Source: Octopus vulgaris (taxonomy: Eukaryota). Taken from it: DNA of 64,000 nucleotides. The DNA is taken from the NCBI GenBank assembly GCA_951406725.2, contig OX597815.1:43276001-43340000 (forward strand), given 5' to 3'. Both the position numbers and the translations under genes were made by a program. Shown in pieces: positions 12,812 to 25,671 of this stretch; positions within the stretch are counted from its first letter, which is position 1; every line of letters starts with the position of its first letter. The notes under the pieces were generated by a model. That model did no database searches. It had not been told where the DNA came from and worked only from the letters and a program-made list of their open reading frames with translations.

Positions 12812-13161
12812 GTGAAGGCGTATGGCTCAGTGGCTAGAGCTTTGGGCTCACAATTATGAGGTAGTGAGTTCGATTCCCGGACCGGGGTGTGTGCTGTGTT
12901 CTTGAGCAAGACACTTTATTTCATGTTCACTCCAGTTCACTTAGCTGTAGAAATGAGTTGCAGTGTCACTAGTGCCAAGATGTATCGGCCTTTGCCTTTC
13001 CCTTGGATAACATCAGTGGCGTGGAGAAGGGAGGCTGGTATGCATGGGTGACTGCTGGTCTTCCATATACAACCTTGCCCGGACTTGTGCCCCGGAGGAT
13101 AACTTTCTAGGTGCAATCTCATGGTCATTCGTGACCGAAGGGAGTCTTTATCTTTTTACCC
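12812..13161 (+). mobile_element. SINE family C (tRNA head, CORE-like body), full length with 14-bp TSD
   Basis: tggctcagtgg (A box), gagttcgattcc (B box), gtgttcttgagcaagacactt...cttagctgtagaaatgagt (CORE-like). TSD taggatgtgatttg at 12798-12811 and 13162-13175. Confidence 0.88.
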
Positions 13162-13558
13162 TAGGATGTGATTTGAGGGAATTTGGGAGTTGTCTATTGT
13201 ATATCGAATGATCTCGTAAAGTTTAGCTGTCACGATGGTTCTCAAAAAGTTAAAAACTAATTCAGTTAAGGTACTATGAATTGAATAATGTACGCAAAAA
13301 AAATCTTAATGGACTGAAATACAACTTTTAGATGGTAAAAGAAAATACAAAAATCTTGCTACAATTACCAGAGACTCACGAAAGAAAAAGCAAAGTACCA
13401 AACCCATCAGCTTTTAAGCTAGCCATATACAAGCCTACGTATTCTTATTGTTTTACGTTCAAACCGGCCAGATCCACTTACCATACAATGTCATTCTAAA
13501 ATAAACAGTCACATTATTGAAATATCAACGCTATAAGACAAAGCATGTGTAATTCAAA

Positions 13559-13937
13559 CGTCCCCAAAGTCCATCCCCTCCTCACCGTGATGGGGACGCC
13601 GGCAACGGGTAGTGTCAGAGCTATGCCGTCGGGAACTTCGGTTCCTGGTAGGGCCACCCAAGGCGGATTGGTCTGACACCGAGTGGTATTAGGGCCACAA
13701 CCTGGCAGACGGGGCTCTGGTGAAAATCCTCAGAGTGTCTGTTTCGGCAACCGGCGGCTCCTCGGTCGTTCTGCCCCTGCGTCTGCGGACAATTTGCGGC
13801 ACACAGGATGTCTTTGTTGGGGACCGCTTGTAAAATCCACACATTCCCACGAAACTTCTTCGATGCCTCGAGGGTGGTAGAAGAAGTCGACTCAACCCGC
13901 CCAGGGTGAATGTCGCCACAAGTACAAGTAAGTTACT
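13559..13937 (+). mobile_element. 379-bp GC-rich non-autonomous retroelement with RTE-5'UTR-like motif and 14-bp TSD
   Basis: TSD atgtgtaattcaaa at 13545-13558 and 13938-13951. Motif gagctatgccg...gtagggccacccaagg resembles RTE/BovB/Expander 5'UTRs as I recall them. Tail caagtacaagtaagt; no pol III boxes seen. Confidence 0.75.
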
Positions 13938-14014
13938 ATGTGTAATTCAAAGCATTGCAGATTAAGCATTACATTTGACAGAGTAATCAGAAGGATAAAG
14001 GTTTACCATCTTTT

Positions 14015-14380
14015 CTATCCTTTACTTGCATCAGTCATTACACTGTAGTCATGCTTGGGGACCATCTCAAGGTACTTTTAGTCGAAGGAATCGCCCCCTG
14101 TACATTTTTTAAGCATGTTGCTTATTCTTTCGATATCGTTACCAAACAGCTAAGTTACGGGACCGTAAATAAACCAACACTAGTTATCAAGCAATGGTGG
14201 GAGGACACACACACACAACGGGCTTTTTTCAGTTTCCATCTACCAAATCTATTCACAAGGCTTTGGTCGACCCGGCACTGCAGTAGAAAACACTTGCCCA
14301 AGATTCCATGCAGTGGGACTGAACACAGAACCATGTGGTTGGTAAGCAAGCTTCTTACCATACAGCCACTCCTGCGCCTA
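14015..14380 (-). mobile_element. SINE family B
   Basis: All family B blocks present; head at ccactcctgcgcct. Confidence 0.85.
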
Positions 14381-15118
14381 TGAAGCCACGCCTGCGCTTT
14401 AAAGAAAATTTTAAAAAATTCAATTTGTTGAAAGACAAAAGGCAAAGTTATGTTAGTTTGTATCATAATGAAACGGAATATCAAATATTTCGGTCAAAGC
14501 ACTTCAACTAAACACACCAACATACGTAATATTTTGCTTCTTTTATTATAAATATTATTTTCTGGGAGCCAGAGGACTAGAAAAGTTGGTTACGACAGTT
14601 TGGCCCATAATAATTGCCATGTTGATGGCAAAGAATGTACTGGTGATGATGGTGATAGTAATAAAAAAAAGGGGGATGCCAAAATAACACGAAGCGAATT
14701 GAGGGAAAACAAGCGTTTCAAATGCCACGTGCCAACAACAGACGAGAGGTTATTGCGTGCAACAACCTCATTTCTAATAACCTAGTGTACGCAGGATGCC
14801 AAAGGCGTTTAAAAGACCTCCTCACTATCACTCACTGTCACTCTATTCCTCATTCTCTCTTTGCTTGTCTGTCTATCTGACGCCTATCTCCTACTTTCAA
14901 ATTCTCCTGGCTGTTCTCTCGCTTCAATACATACATACATACATACATACATACATACATACATACATACATACATACATACATACATACATACATACAT
15001 ACGTACATACATACGTACATACATATGTGTATATGTAAATATACAACTACACATACATACATATATAGTTGTGCATGTGTGTGCATGTGAATCTCTCTCC
15101 TCGCTCTCTCTCTCTCTG

Positions 15119-15155
<37 letters not shown>

Positions 15156-15699
15156 ATACAAATATACGTAAACGCATACATACACCTGCATAAAAATATA
15201 TGTTGATGCATGTATGTATGCATGCATGTATGTATGTGTCTATATATGTATGTTTGTATGTTTATATGTTATCCGTGTCAGTCACTGCCTTCGGCGTTAT
15301 GTGCATATGCACAACTATATGGGAGTGCATATAATAACCAACGTATACTTGTATGTGTACATGTATATTATCTTATGCCATATGTGTACAGAGTACGAGA
15401 GGGGGTAAGTGAGAAAGAGGGCGAGACTGGTAAGGAAGTCATTAGAGATGCATTAAAGGTTGTATGTGACAGTGAGATGGAAAACAGAACCTACAGAATA
15501 TAGAAATAAAAGCACCAAACATCATGGCATGAAACCGGTTGGAAAAGTTGGAGTTAGGGAAGGGTAAGAGTTGTCGGTCCTGATATTAACCTTGAAAATG
15601 TGATTGGGGTATGTTGTTGTTTAACCTAGGTTAGATTTGAATCAAAAGACTTAATGATTAAAAAAAGTTCCTGTTATGACCATCTGGTATTTTTGTTGG

Positions 15700-15859
15700 G
15701 CATAAGCGCAGGCATGGTTGTGTGGTAAGACGTTTACTTCCCGACTTGGACAAGTGTCTTCTACTATAGCCTCGGGTCGACCAAAGACTTGTGAGTGGAT
15801 TTGATAGACGGAAACTGAAAGAAGCCTGTCGTATGTGTGTGAGTGTGTGTGTGTGAGTG

Positions 15860-15912
<53 letters not shown>

Positions 15913-16160
15913 GCGTGTGTGAGTGTGTTCCCCACTACCGCTTGATAACCTCTGTTGGTGTGTTTACGTCCCCGTAACTTGGCAGTTCGGCAAACGAGAA
16001 CGATAGGATAATTACCTGGTATTATTCAAAAGAGATCGATAGAATAATACTTGAGAGCGATAGAGAAAGTACTGGGGTCGATTCGTTTGACTAAAATTCT
16101 TCACGCTGGTTCCCCAGCATCATCGCAGTCTAATGATAGCGAATAAAAGATAAAAGATTG
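15700..16160 (+). mobile_element. SINE family B, internally deleted head
   Basis: gcgcaggcatggttgtgtggtaag...caagtgtcttctactatagcc...(TG)n...taaaagataaaaga. Confidence 0.8.
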
Positions 16161-16639
16161 TTTATCTAAGACTTCATCAACCAATGTCACTCTCCCACTT
16201 TTTTTGAAATGTCAGGGTGTGATCTGACGGTTTTTTGGCTGCTATGTCTATATGTGATATGGTGATATTGTGACTGCTGTTGTCTTCTTCTTCTTCTTCT
16301 TTTTCTTCTTCTTCTTCTTCTTCTTCTTCTTCTTCTTCTTCTTCTATTTCTTCTTCTTCTTCCAATCAGGACTCACACCATTAGTCACAAAGAATAATCT
16401 CTAATTCGATTCGATCCTACTCTAAGCTACTAATAATGTATGTGGCAACTTGAAGATCCACCCACCACACGCGATAGACTGGCGGTTGTATAGGCGCGAA
16501 AGCTACGTTGTTATCCTCATTCCGTAAAACGGTGGCTTTTAACGGGTAGAGAGCTGAACCATCCTGGGGTGCAGAGGATTCGCAATCTAGACTAGGGTCT
16601 GAAAGTTTACCACACCATAGTGGGTTACACCATGGTTCC

Positions 16640-16841
16640 TCTGCTTTGTGGCAGACGTAGGAAGAAAGAGTGAGAGAAAGTTGTGGTGAAAGAGTACAGC
16701 GGGTTTCACCCCCGACGGAGCCTTGTGGAGCTTAGGTGTTTTTGCCCAATAAAGACTCACAATGCCCGATCTGGGAATTGAAATCGCGTTCTTACGACTG
16801 CGAGTCCGCTGCCTTAACCACTGGGCTATTGCGCCTCCACA
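16640..16841 (-). mobile_element. SINE family D (tRNA-derived head)
   Basis: Minus strand gtggaggcgcaatagcccagtggttaaggcagcggactcgcagtcgtaag...gatttcaattcc: A and B boxes followed by a body unrelated to families A and B. Confidence 0.7.
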
Positions 16842-16869
16842 CTTCTGTTGTTGGCAGTAATGAGGGTTA

Positions 16870-19075
16870 GGGAAATGGAACCTAAGATAATATCAGAAGT
16901 TGTTGTTTAGCTCCAGGTTAATATTGATTGAGCAAACTTGTGATCAAAATTTTGTTTTCTCTTCTACATCTTCTCTGCTTCGTATTGTATTCAGGAATAA
17001 TGTCTCTAGGATTTCATTTTCATCGCCCTCCCATAATAGAGCGAATGGTCATTTGAGAGAGCTTTCACTGCTCTTTCTAGCAAGTGGAATAACCACATAC
17101 AGTCTTCCTCATTAACTCAGGAGATGTTTCGCCTCAAGATGTTTCGACTACTCGGCTCCTGAATGATATCTAAGACTTCATAGTTTATCGTATCAATTCA
17201 TGTTTAGGTAGGTACAGTAATACGATTTGCAAGAGATTTAGCTGCTGTTTTATTTCTATCTAATCGAGCGACCGCTAAAAGCTAAAAGGTTCTATCGCTC
17301 AGGCTGGCCAGATTGGACTGCTGTAGCCGATTGAGTTACTTTTTAGATCTTCATGCTACTTTTTAGTATGGCAACTCGTCACATGCAATTGAAACAACAT
17401 TATTTATGTATTTTGTGCTATATTTTATGAGATAAAATTGGCAAACCTGCACTGCCTGGCCGGACGGCTAAGCTAAAAACGGTGATCATATTGACTGAAA
17501 TAATTCCTGTGGCTGTTGTGATGGTGAAGACGATTATGACGTTGCTACTGTTGACTACGATGTTGGTTGAAGTGGCGACTATCATTAACGCTGGTGGTGT
17601 TAAAACAATTGCAATTTTACCCAAATTGGAATTATGATGTTGATTTGGGTGAGACTATAAATGATAATGACATTTGCATTATTGTGGTTCTTTAGCTTCA
17701 ACAGTGATTCACCTAAAATACGATCAAAGATATTTCAGTCATGACCACGCTCTCTTGCATATTTAGTCACATTGTCCGTTGTCCAACATGTTCTTCGCAT
17801 TTTTAAGGCGGTAGGGCTTGAAATAAGGAATAGTTAGCCGCCGTCTCTTGCACGGTAAGCTATTCTCATTGCATCATTGGTATTAATATTGTTGTTCTCG
17901 TGTTCTTGTTGCTAAGCATCAGCTCAGCTCTGAACAAGGATCAAGCAATTTCTGAGCAAGAGGTATTCCAACCACGACCGTCTCGTTTTTTTTTTGTTTA
18001 GATACCGTGAATTACATTATTCATTGAGTACTTTTTCAAAGAAGTTATGCGTAATCTGAGGGATATTTGGGTGTTATTTCTAGAGGGTTGAGTGATTCTC
18101 ATGACTTGGTTGGTTTGTAAGGGCATTCATTTCGATCTTATTATCAAAATTGTCAAAAAGATAACCAAAAAATAAAGATAAACTACCAACATTAATATGG
18201 TCACAAACAACCCTATAAAGTAGCCTTTGCATAGTCGCTTGGTCTATTAACAATAGCAGCCAGATCTTTCTCAAATTACACTTCCATCGCTTTTTTTATG
18301 GGAATATATTACAGGCGTAGGAGTGGCTGTGTCGCAAGTAGCTTGCTTACCAGCCACATGGTTCCGGGTTCAGTCCCACTGCGTGGCACCTTGGGCAAGT
18401 GTCTTCTACTATAGCCTCGGGCCGACCAAAGCCTTGTGAGCGGATTTGGTAGACGGAAACTGAAAGAAGCTCGTCGTATATATTTATGTATATACATACG
18501 TACGTATGAATATGTATTTGTGTGTCTGTGTTTGTCCCAACATCGCTTGACAACCGATGCTGGTGCGTTTACGTCACCGTAACTTAGAGGTTCGGGAAAA
18601 GAGACCGATAGAATAAGTACTAGGTTTACAAAGAATAAGCTCTGGGGTCGATTTGCTAGACTAAAGGCGGTGCTCCAGCATGGCCACAATCAAATGACTG
18701 AAACAAGTAAAAGAGTAAGGAGTATAAATAAAATCCTAAAGGCCCTTAAAAATACGAAACAGTCAAAGCTTGAATGTTTTGACTCAGTTCAATTCACACT
18801 CCCATTGCTTCAAAAATATAGAATGACACGTTTTATACATATAGTCCTCATATATCCCTAAAACGATGGGATAGTCACGGTTGGAATACATTTTCTCATT
18901 TCTGAAATCGCATGTTTGTCGCCTTAGTAAAAATAATGGGTGGAGGGCAGACTACATAAAAAGTATAGTCCTAAATACTCCTAAATATCAGGGTGGTCTC
19001 GACTGGTTTTGATTGCAATTGCTTATAGGTGTGCTCGGCTGGAGTTGCCCTGGAGCTAAACCTCAAAGCAACAAC
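16870..19075. repeat. Cluster of old, degenerate copies of an unclassified interspersed repeat
   Basis: Recurring 'tgtttagc..cagg...atcaaa..tattccagccatgacc...atttgagggagatttggctgctatttctagc'-like blocks at ~16895, 17220, 17690, 17910, 18230(-) and 18850-19070(-). Similar pieces at ~1250, 12680 and 15620. Confidence 0.5.
18312..18720 (+). mobile_element. SINE family B, near-consensus full length
   Basis: caggcgtaggagtggctgtg...ccgggttcagtccc...ggcaccttgggcaagtgtctt...gactgaaacaagtaaaagagt. Confidence 0.92.
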
Positions 19076-19613
19076 TTCGACGAAGATGACGATGACGACG
19101 ACAACAACAACAACAGCAACAACAACAACAACAATACCTTCAACATTGGCACAATAAAATACGCTAGGTGTTTTAATAAGCTATGTTATTCATAATGTTT
19201 TTGACAAGTCGAATACAGGTTCATTAGCAAATCTACTAAACCCCCTTGCTGGAGGTGGGATGGAGAAGAAAAGGATAAATGCTTTCATTTTCGCAAAGCT
19301 TTTACTTTTGTCGATGGGCTGGGTTTGAATTCCTTATGTCTGTCGGTTCATTTTATTTTCCTAATCTCCTGTATCAGGTTATATTTTCTGCCAAATTTTC
19401 CTTCTTTATCTTATTAATATTTTTCTTCTGCTTTTTGTTTTCTTTAATATTCATCTTTTTTAATAATCTCTATGAAGGACGGGTGTACAGCAAGCGATGG
19501 AGTGGAATGTGATGTTAAGAATGAGATATGTATATTTTCTCATAACTTATATTAATGCTGCACTCAGAGGCAAGGATATGTGAATGTACTGTTTGACATC
19601 GTTACCATTATAA

Positions 19614-19730
<117 letters not shown>

Positions 19731-19749
19731 CGTGTATTTTTTATCATTG

Positions 19750-19896
19750 ATTTCAGCCAATGGAGTGTGGCCATATTGAGACAACATCTTGAAGGTTTTT
19801 TCGAGCAAATTGATCCCAGTACATTTTTACTTCTTTATTTTTTAGATTCATACTTATTTTGTAGACGGAAACTGAAAGAAGCCCGTCGTATATATG

Positions 19897-19965
<69 letters not shown>

Positions 19966-20900
19966 ATGTATGTACGTATGTATGTGTGTGTATATGTTGT
20001 GTATCTGTGTTTGTCCCCCACCCCACCCAACATCGCTTGACAACCGATGCTGGTGTGTTTAGGTCCCCGTAATTTAGCGGTTCGGCAAAAGGGACCAATA
20101 GAATAAGTACTAGGTTTACAAAGAATAAATCCTGGGGTCGATTTGATTCGACTAATGGCGGTGCTCCAGCATGGCCGCAGTCAAATGACTGAAACAAGTA
20201 AAAGTAAAAGAATAAAATAATTCTATTGGTCTCGTTAACTGAAAGGTTGAGGTACGAGGACGTAAACAAACCAACACCTGTTGTCAAGAAACGGTGGGGG
20301 ATAAATATATAAAGGTAAACAAGCCTACGTAGTAGAAATACAAACATGGCAAATTTAACTTCTTCGTAAATTGAATAAATGATGAACAGCCTGAATCGAT
20401 TTTCGGAAGTTAATGGGGTCTCATCAGCGATTTCTACACCATTAGACCAACCCCGGAGAAACAAGTATTTAATCTGTTAATATATTCAACAAAGCTAGTA
20501 GCTGCAGGAAACTGGAGCCACTGGTGATGTGGTAAGAAGCTTGCTTCCCAAATGCATGGGTTCAGGTTCAATTCCACTGCGTGGCACCTTGAGCGACTGC
20601 CTTCTACTATAGCCTCGGGCCAACCAAAGCCTTGTGAGTGGATTTGGTAGACGGAATCTAAAAAGAAGCCCGTCGTGTATATAAATATGTGTATGTGTAT
20701 ATTTGTGTACCTACCACTTGACAACAGATGTTGCTGTGTTTATATCCCCGTAACTTAGCGGTGGGACTAAAGAGATCAAGAGAATAAATACCAAGCTTAA
20801 AAAGACGTACTGGGGTCGATTTATTCGACTAAAATTCTTCAAGGCTGTGCTCCAGCGTGACCGCAGTCTAATTAATGAAACAAATAAAAGAAAAGTAAAA
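19750..20900. mobile_element. Cluster of SINE family B copies and fragments
   Basis: Headless plus copy 19860-20215, plus copy ~20525-20900, minus fragments ~19750-19860 and ~20220-20300. Confidence 0.8.
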
Positions 20901-20959
20901 GAATATATATATATATATGTACACATATGTATACAATGTATATGTATATATGTGTGTAT

Positions 20960-21042
<83 letters not shown>

Positions 21043-21075
21043 GTATGACTGTATATATATTATGAGGTATATATA

Positions 21076-21124
<49 letters not shown>

Positions 21125-21165
21125 GAGACTAAAGTGTACGTACGCAGTTATATTTGTATAAAAAC

Positions 21166-21428
21166 GAATACCAAAAATGGGAAAAGAACGCAAAACATCC
21201 AGACAGATGAGACAAAAAAGAGACAAGACATTCAGACAGAGGATACAAAAATAAATAAATAAAAACAAGGACGGTCATTTGGAGTTTTTTTTCTTCGGTC
21301 GAGTTCCTAGCCGAAATTGCAAAGATAATCTGGAACTCGACTGATGAGAGAAAACTCCGAATGACCCGTCCTTTTTTTTTGTATCAGCTGTCTGGATGTT
21401 TTGCGCTCTTCTCCTATTTTTGGTATTC
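21166..21428. mobile_element. Fold-back (palindromic) element between (TA)n tracts, probably Penelope-like-derived
   Basis: gaataccaaaaatggga.aagaacgcaaaacatccagacag mirrors ctgtctggatgttttgcgctcttctcctattttttggtattc. Inner arms flank a 24-nt loop (21308-21331). Related to 30320-30648. Confidence 0.7.
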
Positions 21429-21720
21429 CTTCATATATATATGAAGGAATACACTCCTGTATGTGTGTGTGAGCGCACGTTTGAGTTTGTACCCCGACCA
21501 TTGCTTGAAAACCGATGTTACAAGCCTTCAAAATGAGGAGATGACAGACAGTCGACAACTGACGATGGGCCCTTCTCTGTGTTTACTTGTGTGTGTGTAT
21601 ATATATATGTGTGTGTGTTTGTGCGCGCGTGTCTGTGTGTGTGTAAAATTATATTTATATATTATCATATATATATATATATATATTATATATACATATA
21701 TAATATATACACATACATAA

Positions 21721-21806
<86 letters not shown>

Positions 21807-21879
21807 ATATATATATATGATATAATATAATATAATATATATATATATATATATTATATGATATAATATATATTATATA

Positions 21880-22230
21880 CTAGCACTATGACCCGGCAGT
21901 GCCGGGTCATAGTGCTAGTGCATGCATATACAGCTGCGTGCGTGCGCACATACACGCGAGTACTGTCCAAGTCTCCGACCAATCACATACATCTAGCTGG
22001 CATTCAATTGGCGTATCAAGTTTCGGGCATTGTGTTTGGGTTTTGGATAGAAAATTCACAAAAAAGTCACTCCTATTGATCTTTTAATGGATTTGCGGGG
22101 TGACTGGGGAAATGTAAAGATGTGCACGACCACCCTTGGACGGTTTTAAATGATCATAGAAAGTGCGAGCCCTCTAACTGAAAATTTGTGGATTTTTATA
22201 AAGGACACACACACAGACAGACATTTTGCC

Positions 22231-22329
<99 letters not shown>

Positions 22330-22330
22330 T
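21880..22330 (-). mobile_element. Non-autonomous Helitron with perfectly palindromic 3' end
   Basis: Minus-strand 3' ...cccggcactgccgggtcatagtgCTAG|t. The 5' side carries tgtctgtctgtgtg and (TA)n/(TC)n; the 5' boundary lies somewhere in the microsatellite. Confidence 0.75.
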
Positions 22331-22389
22331 AATATATATGATATAATATATATATATGTATATATATATAGATAGATAGATATAGATAT

Positions 22390-22405
22390 AGATATATAAT
22401 ATATA

Positions 22406-22454
<49 letters not shown>

Positions 22455-22594
22455 ATCCAAACAAGAAAACACAGAAAAAAAGAGAAAAAACACAGCAACG
22501 CAGGACGTGGAACAATTAAAGTATTATTGACGCTCAGGAAAGAAGGGAAGGAGGGTTTAACGTTTCGAGCGGAGCTAGATATATAATATATATG

Positions 22595-22636
<42 letters not shown>

Positions 22637-22854
22637 ATCCAAACAAGAAAACACAGAAAAAAAAGAGAAAAAAACACACCAACGCAGGACGTGGAACAAT
22701 TAAAGTATTATTGACGCTCAGGAAAGAAGGGAAGGAGGGTTTAACGTTTCGAGCGGAGCTCTTCGTCGGAAACTAGGAGAAGGAAAGATCCCAAGGAGGG
22801 AAGACAGAGGAGAAAATATTTGAGCTGGTGGTGCTCAAGAGATCACATGTTGAA

Positions 22855-22860
<6 letters not shown>
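22390..22860 (-). mobile_element. Penelope-like pseudo-LTR remnant, tandemly duplicated, embedded in (TA)n
   Basis: gttaatccaaacaagaaaacacag...acgtttcgagcggagct occurs twice (~22451-22576 and ~22633-22760); the second copy carries the full hammerhead-like motif. Confidence 0.7.
22739..22773 (-). ncRNA. Minimal type-I hammerhead-like motif (U4C variant)
   Basis: Minus: gttt-CCGACGA-a-gagc-tcc-gctc-GAAA-cg-TT-aaac. Stem I gttt/aaac, stem II gagc/gctc, palindromic acgt at stem III. Confidence 0.65.
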
Positions 22861-22898
<38 letters not shown>

Positions 22899-23639
22899 CA
22901 TATGATATGATATGACATGTGTATGTTTGTGCATTGTTATTATTGAACCACAAAAGAAAATATCAATTTCTACTGATGGTATCTAATTATTTTGCGGCAC
23001 ATGTATATTAATATATTTATACAAAAATAGTACTAATTTGTTAGTTTGCTTTTTGAGAAACGTTATCCATCCTCTTTGTTAGATGATCTTATTACTTCGT
23101 CGAGTTGAATTAGAGAGTTAATAATGAAACTTGAGTGGGCATAATCGCCATTTTAATAGCTCCTTTGCTTAATGTTGTAGTCTTTCGTTTTTTTTTTTTC
23201 TTTTTTTCCGTTTATTCTTTATAATCAACAGGATACCAGTTTGATTTGTTTGGCGGTCATCTAGTGCAAATTTAGAAGAGCGATCTCGCTTCGGTAGTCA
23301 TATTTTTCTTTGAAAAACAAATCCTGACTAGAAACTAATCTAGACAAGAAACAAAAACAAATATAAGAAAACAAAAGCATCAGCACCGCTAAAATAAGTG
23401 GTTTCTTTTAACTTTTCTTGTACTTTTCAGTCATTGAATAGCGGCCATGCTGGGGCACCGCCTTGAAGAATTTAGTCGAGCAAAACTACTTCTATACTTT
23501 TTTTTTTTTTCAAGTCTGGGGCATATTTCTATCGGTTTTGTTATTGTCGAACCGCATAGTTACAAGGCCATAAACAAACCAAAACCGGTGGGAGACAAAC
23601 AAAAAGGCGAGCACAGGTGTGTACCGGAGAGCTGGTAAT

Positions 23640-23847
23640 GCGGAGCTGGCGGAATCGTTAGCACACTGGACGAAATGCTTAGCGTTATTTAGTCCGTCGC
23701 TACGTTCCGAGTTCAAATTCCGCTGCGGTCGACTTTACCTTTCATCCTTTCGGGATCGATACATTAATTACCTTTGAAACACTGGGGTCGATGTAATCGA
23801 CTATCCTCCTACACCAAATTTCAGGCTTTGTGCCTATATTTGAAAAG

Positions 23848-23850
<3 letters not shown>
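23640..23850 (+). mobile_element. SINE family A with alternative tail running into (ATT)n
   Basis: gagctggcggaatcgttagc...gagttcaaattcc...tttcaggctttgtgcctatatttgaaaagattattatt. Confidence 0.85.
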
Positions 23851-23928
<78 letters not shown>

Positions 23929-23929
<1 letters not shown>

Positions 23930-24389
23930 TATGTTTGACTTTTGCTTTATATTTGTACAAGTTGGCTCCAAGTCTCACCCAGAGACCTCAAGAGAGAACA
24001 GGTTGGAAGTTCATGTTATGCCTAGTGTGCCATATATTTGGGGGGGGGGAGTTTTTGGTGTTGTACTAATGAATGTCTAAATAAATAAATAAATAAATAA
24101 ATAAATTTAAAAAAATTTTTTTTTTCTTTTTTTCTTTTTAAAACCGGAAATTATGTTTGTTTTAAACCTTGAGATTACATAGAAAGTATTTTGCGTAGGA
24201 TATGAGCAGTTCCCATGAGCACTATCTTTTGAATTTCTGCCATTTTTGGGTTTCCTGGTATCTGAGTTAGGTAGCTATCAGCCCCTTTTGCTATCATTCC
24301 CAGGGCACCTATGACAACAGGTATTGTTTTAGTCTTCAGGTTCCACATTTTGCTGATTTCTATTTCAAGATCTTTATATTTGCTCATAT
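23929..24389 (-). mobile_element. 5'-truncated Dong/R4-clade non-LTR retrotransposon inserted in (TAA)n
   Basis: Intact C-terminal RLE region SKYKDLEIEISKMWNLKTKTIPVVIGALG...IQKIVLMGTAHILRKIL* (24175-24387) plus 3'UTR. Both flanks are (ATT)n, the known Dong target. Confidence 0.88.
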
Positions 24390-24398
24390 TATTATTAT

Positions 24399-24515
<117 letters not shown>

Positions 24516-24783
24516 CATCTTATAATAATTCCGCTTGTCATTGCGTTACTTAGCTCGTCGGTAACGCTTTCACGTGATTAGAGAAGAGGGAGAAAGAAAA
24601 GAGGGAGACATAAAAAGACGGAGAGAGGGAAGGAGAGAGAGAGAGAGAGAGAGAGAGTGAAGCGTCCATCACGTGTGATAGAGGGAACGTAATTGTATTA
24701 CTTTCACGCTTTCCAAGGTAAAAGTCCGAGCAAGGTACAAGTCACCTATGCATACCAGCCTACTCTCTCCATGCCACCAATCT

Positions 24784-24831
<48 letters not shown>

Positions 24832-25012
24832 AACAACAACAAATATTATTATTATTGTTATTATTAGCTAATATATGAAAATCTTACTAAATGATTTGAA
24901 TGCCACTTATTTTCATTTCTCCACTTACTCGTATATATATGTTTGTGTGTATGTGTGTGCATTTATGAGCGTTTGTGTATTTCTGTGTGTGTTTGTGTGT
25001 GTGTGTGTGTGC

Positions 25013-25064
<52 letters not shown>

Positions 25065-25618
25065 GTGTGCGTGTGTGTACGATTGGCTTCTGTGATTTTC
25101 AAATATTTTAACATGCAAAAGTCTTCTATTCCAGGTACAAAATCTACAGAACTAGTCAGGGAACCTTTCATGGTCGAGAAACCAACATGGATGCATTTGC
25201 GTGATGTTTTAATTCGCAACAGTCACCAAATCGCCTGAAAAAAATCACACATACCAGTTTAAAAATAATATCATTCTTGATATGCTAGCTATAATTGGAA
25301 AAAAAAACGAAAAAAAAACAAAAACAAAAACAGTATGGTCAAAACTTGAACACATTTCATCGTTGTTATGATATAAACTAAACAACCTCAATACTGACGT
25401 CGACAACCACAACAACAACAAGTGCCATAGTATTATTGTATACGTCAATCAGCTGTAAAAATGTCATCAAGTTCACTATCGACACGCTGACAATCAAAAT
25501 TTTTCAGCAGAGATGTATAGTTTCTAGGGTGTATATATAGATACACCCTAGAATAAATAACATACATACAAACATATACATACATACATATATATGTGTG
25601 TGTGTGTGTGTGTGTATG

Positions 25619-25671
<53 letters not shown>

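Noticed and set aside
12812-12890. tRNA-like sequences here and at ~16770-16840 and ~59200-59275
   Set aside because: They continue into SINE bodies and lack intact cloverleaves, so they are SINE heads, not tRNA genes.
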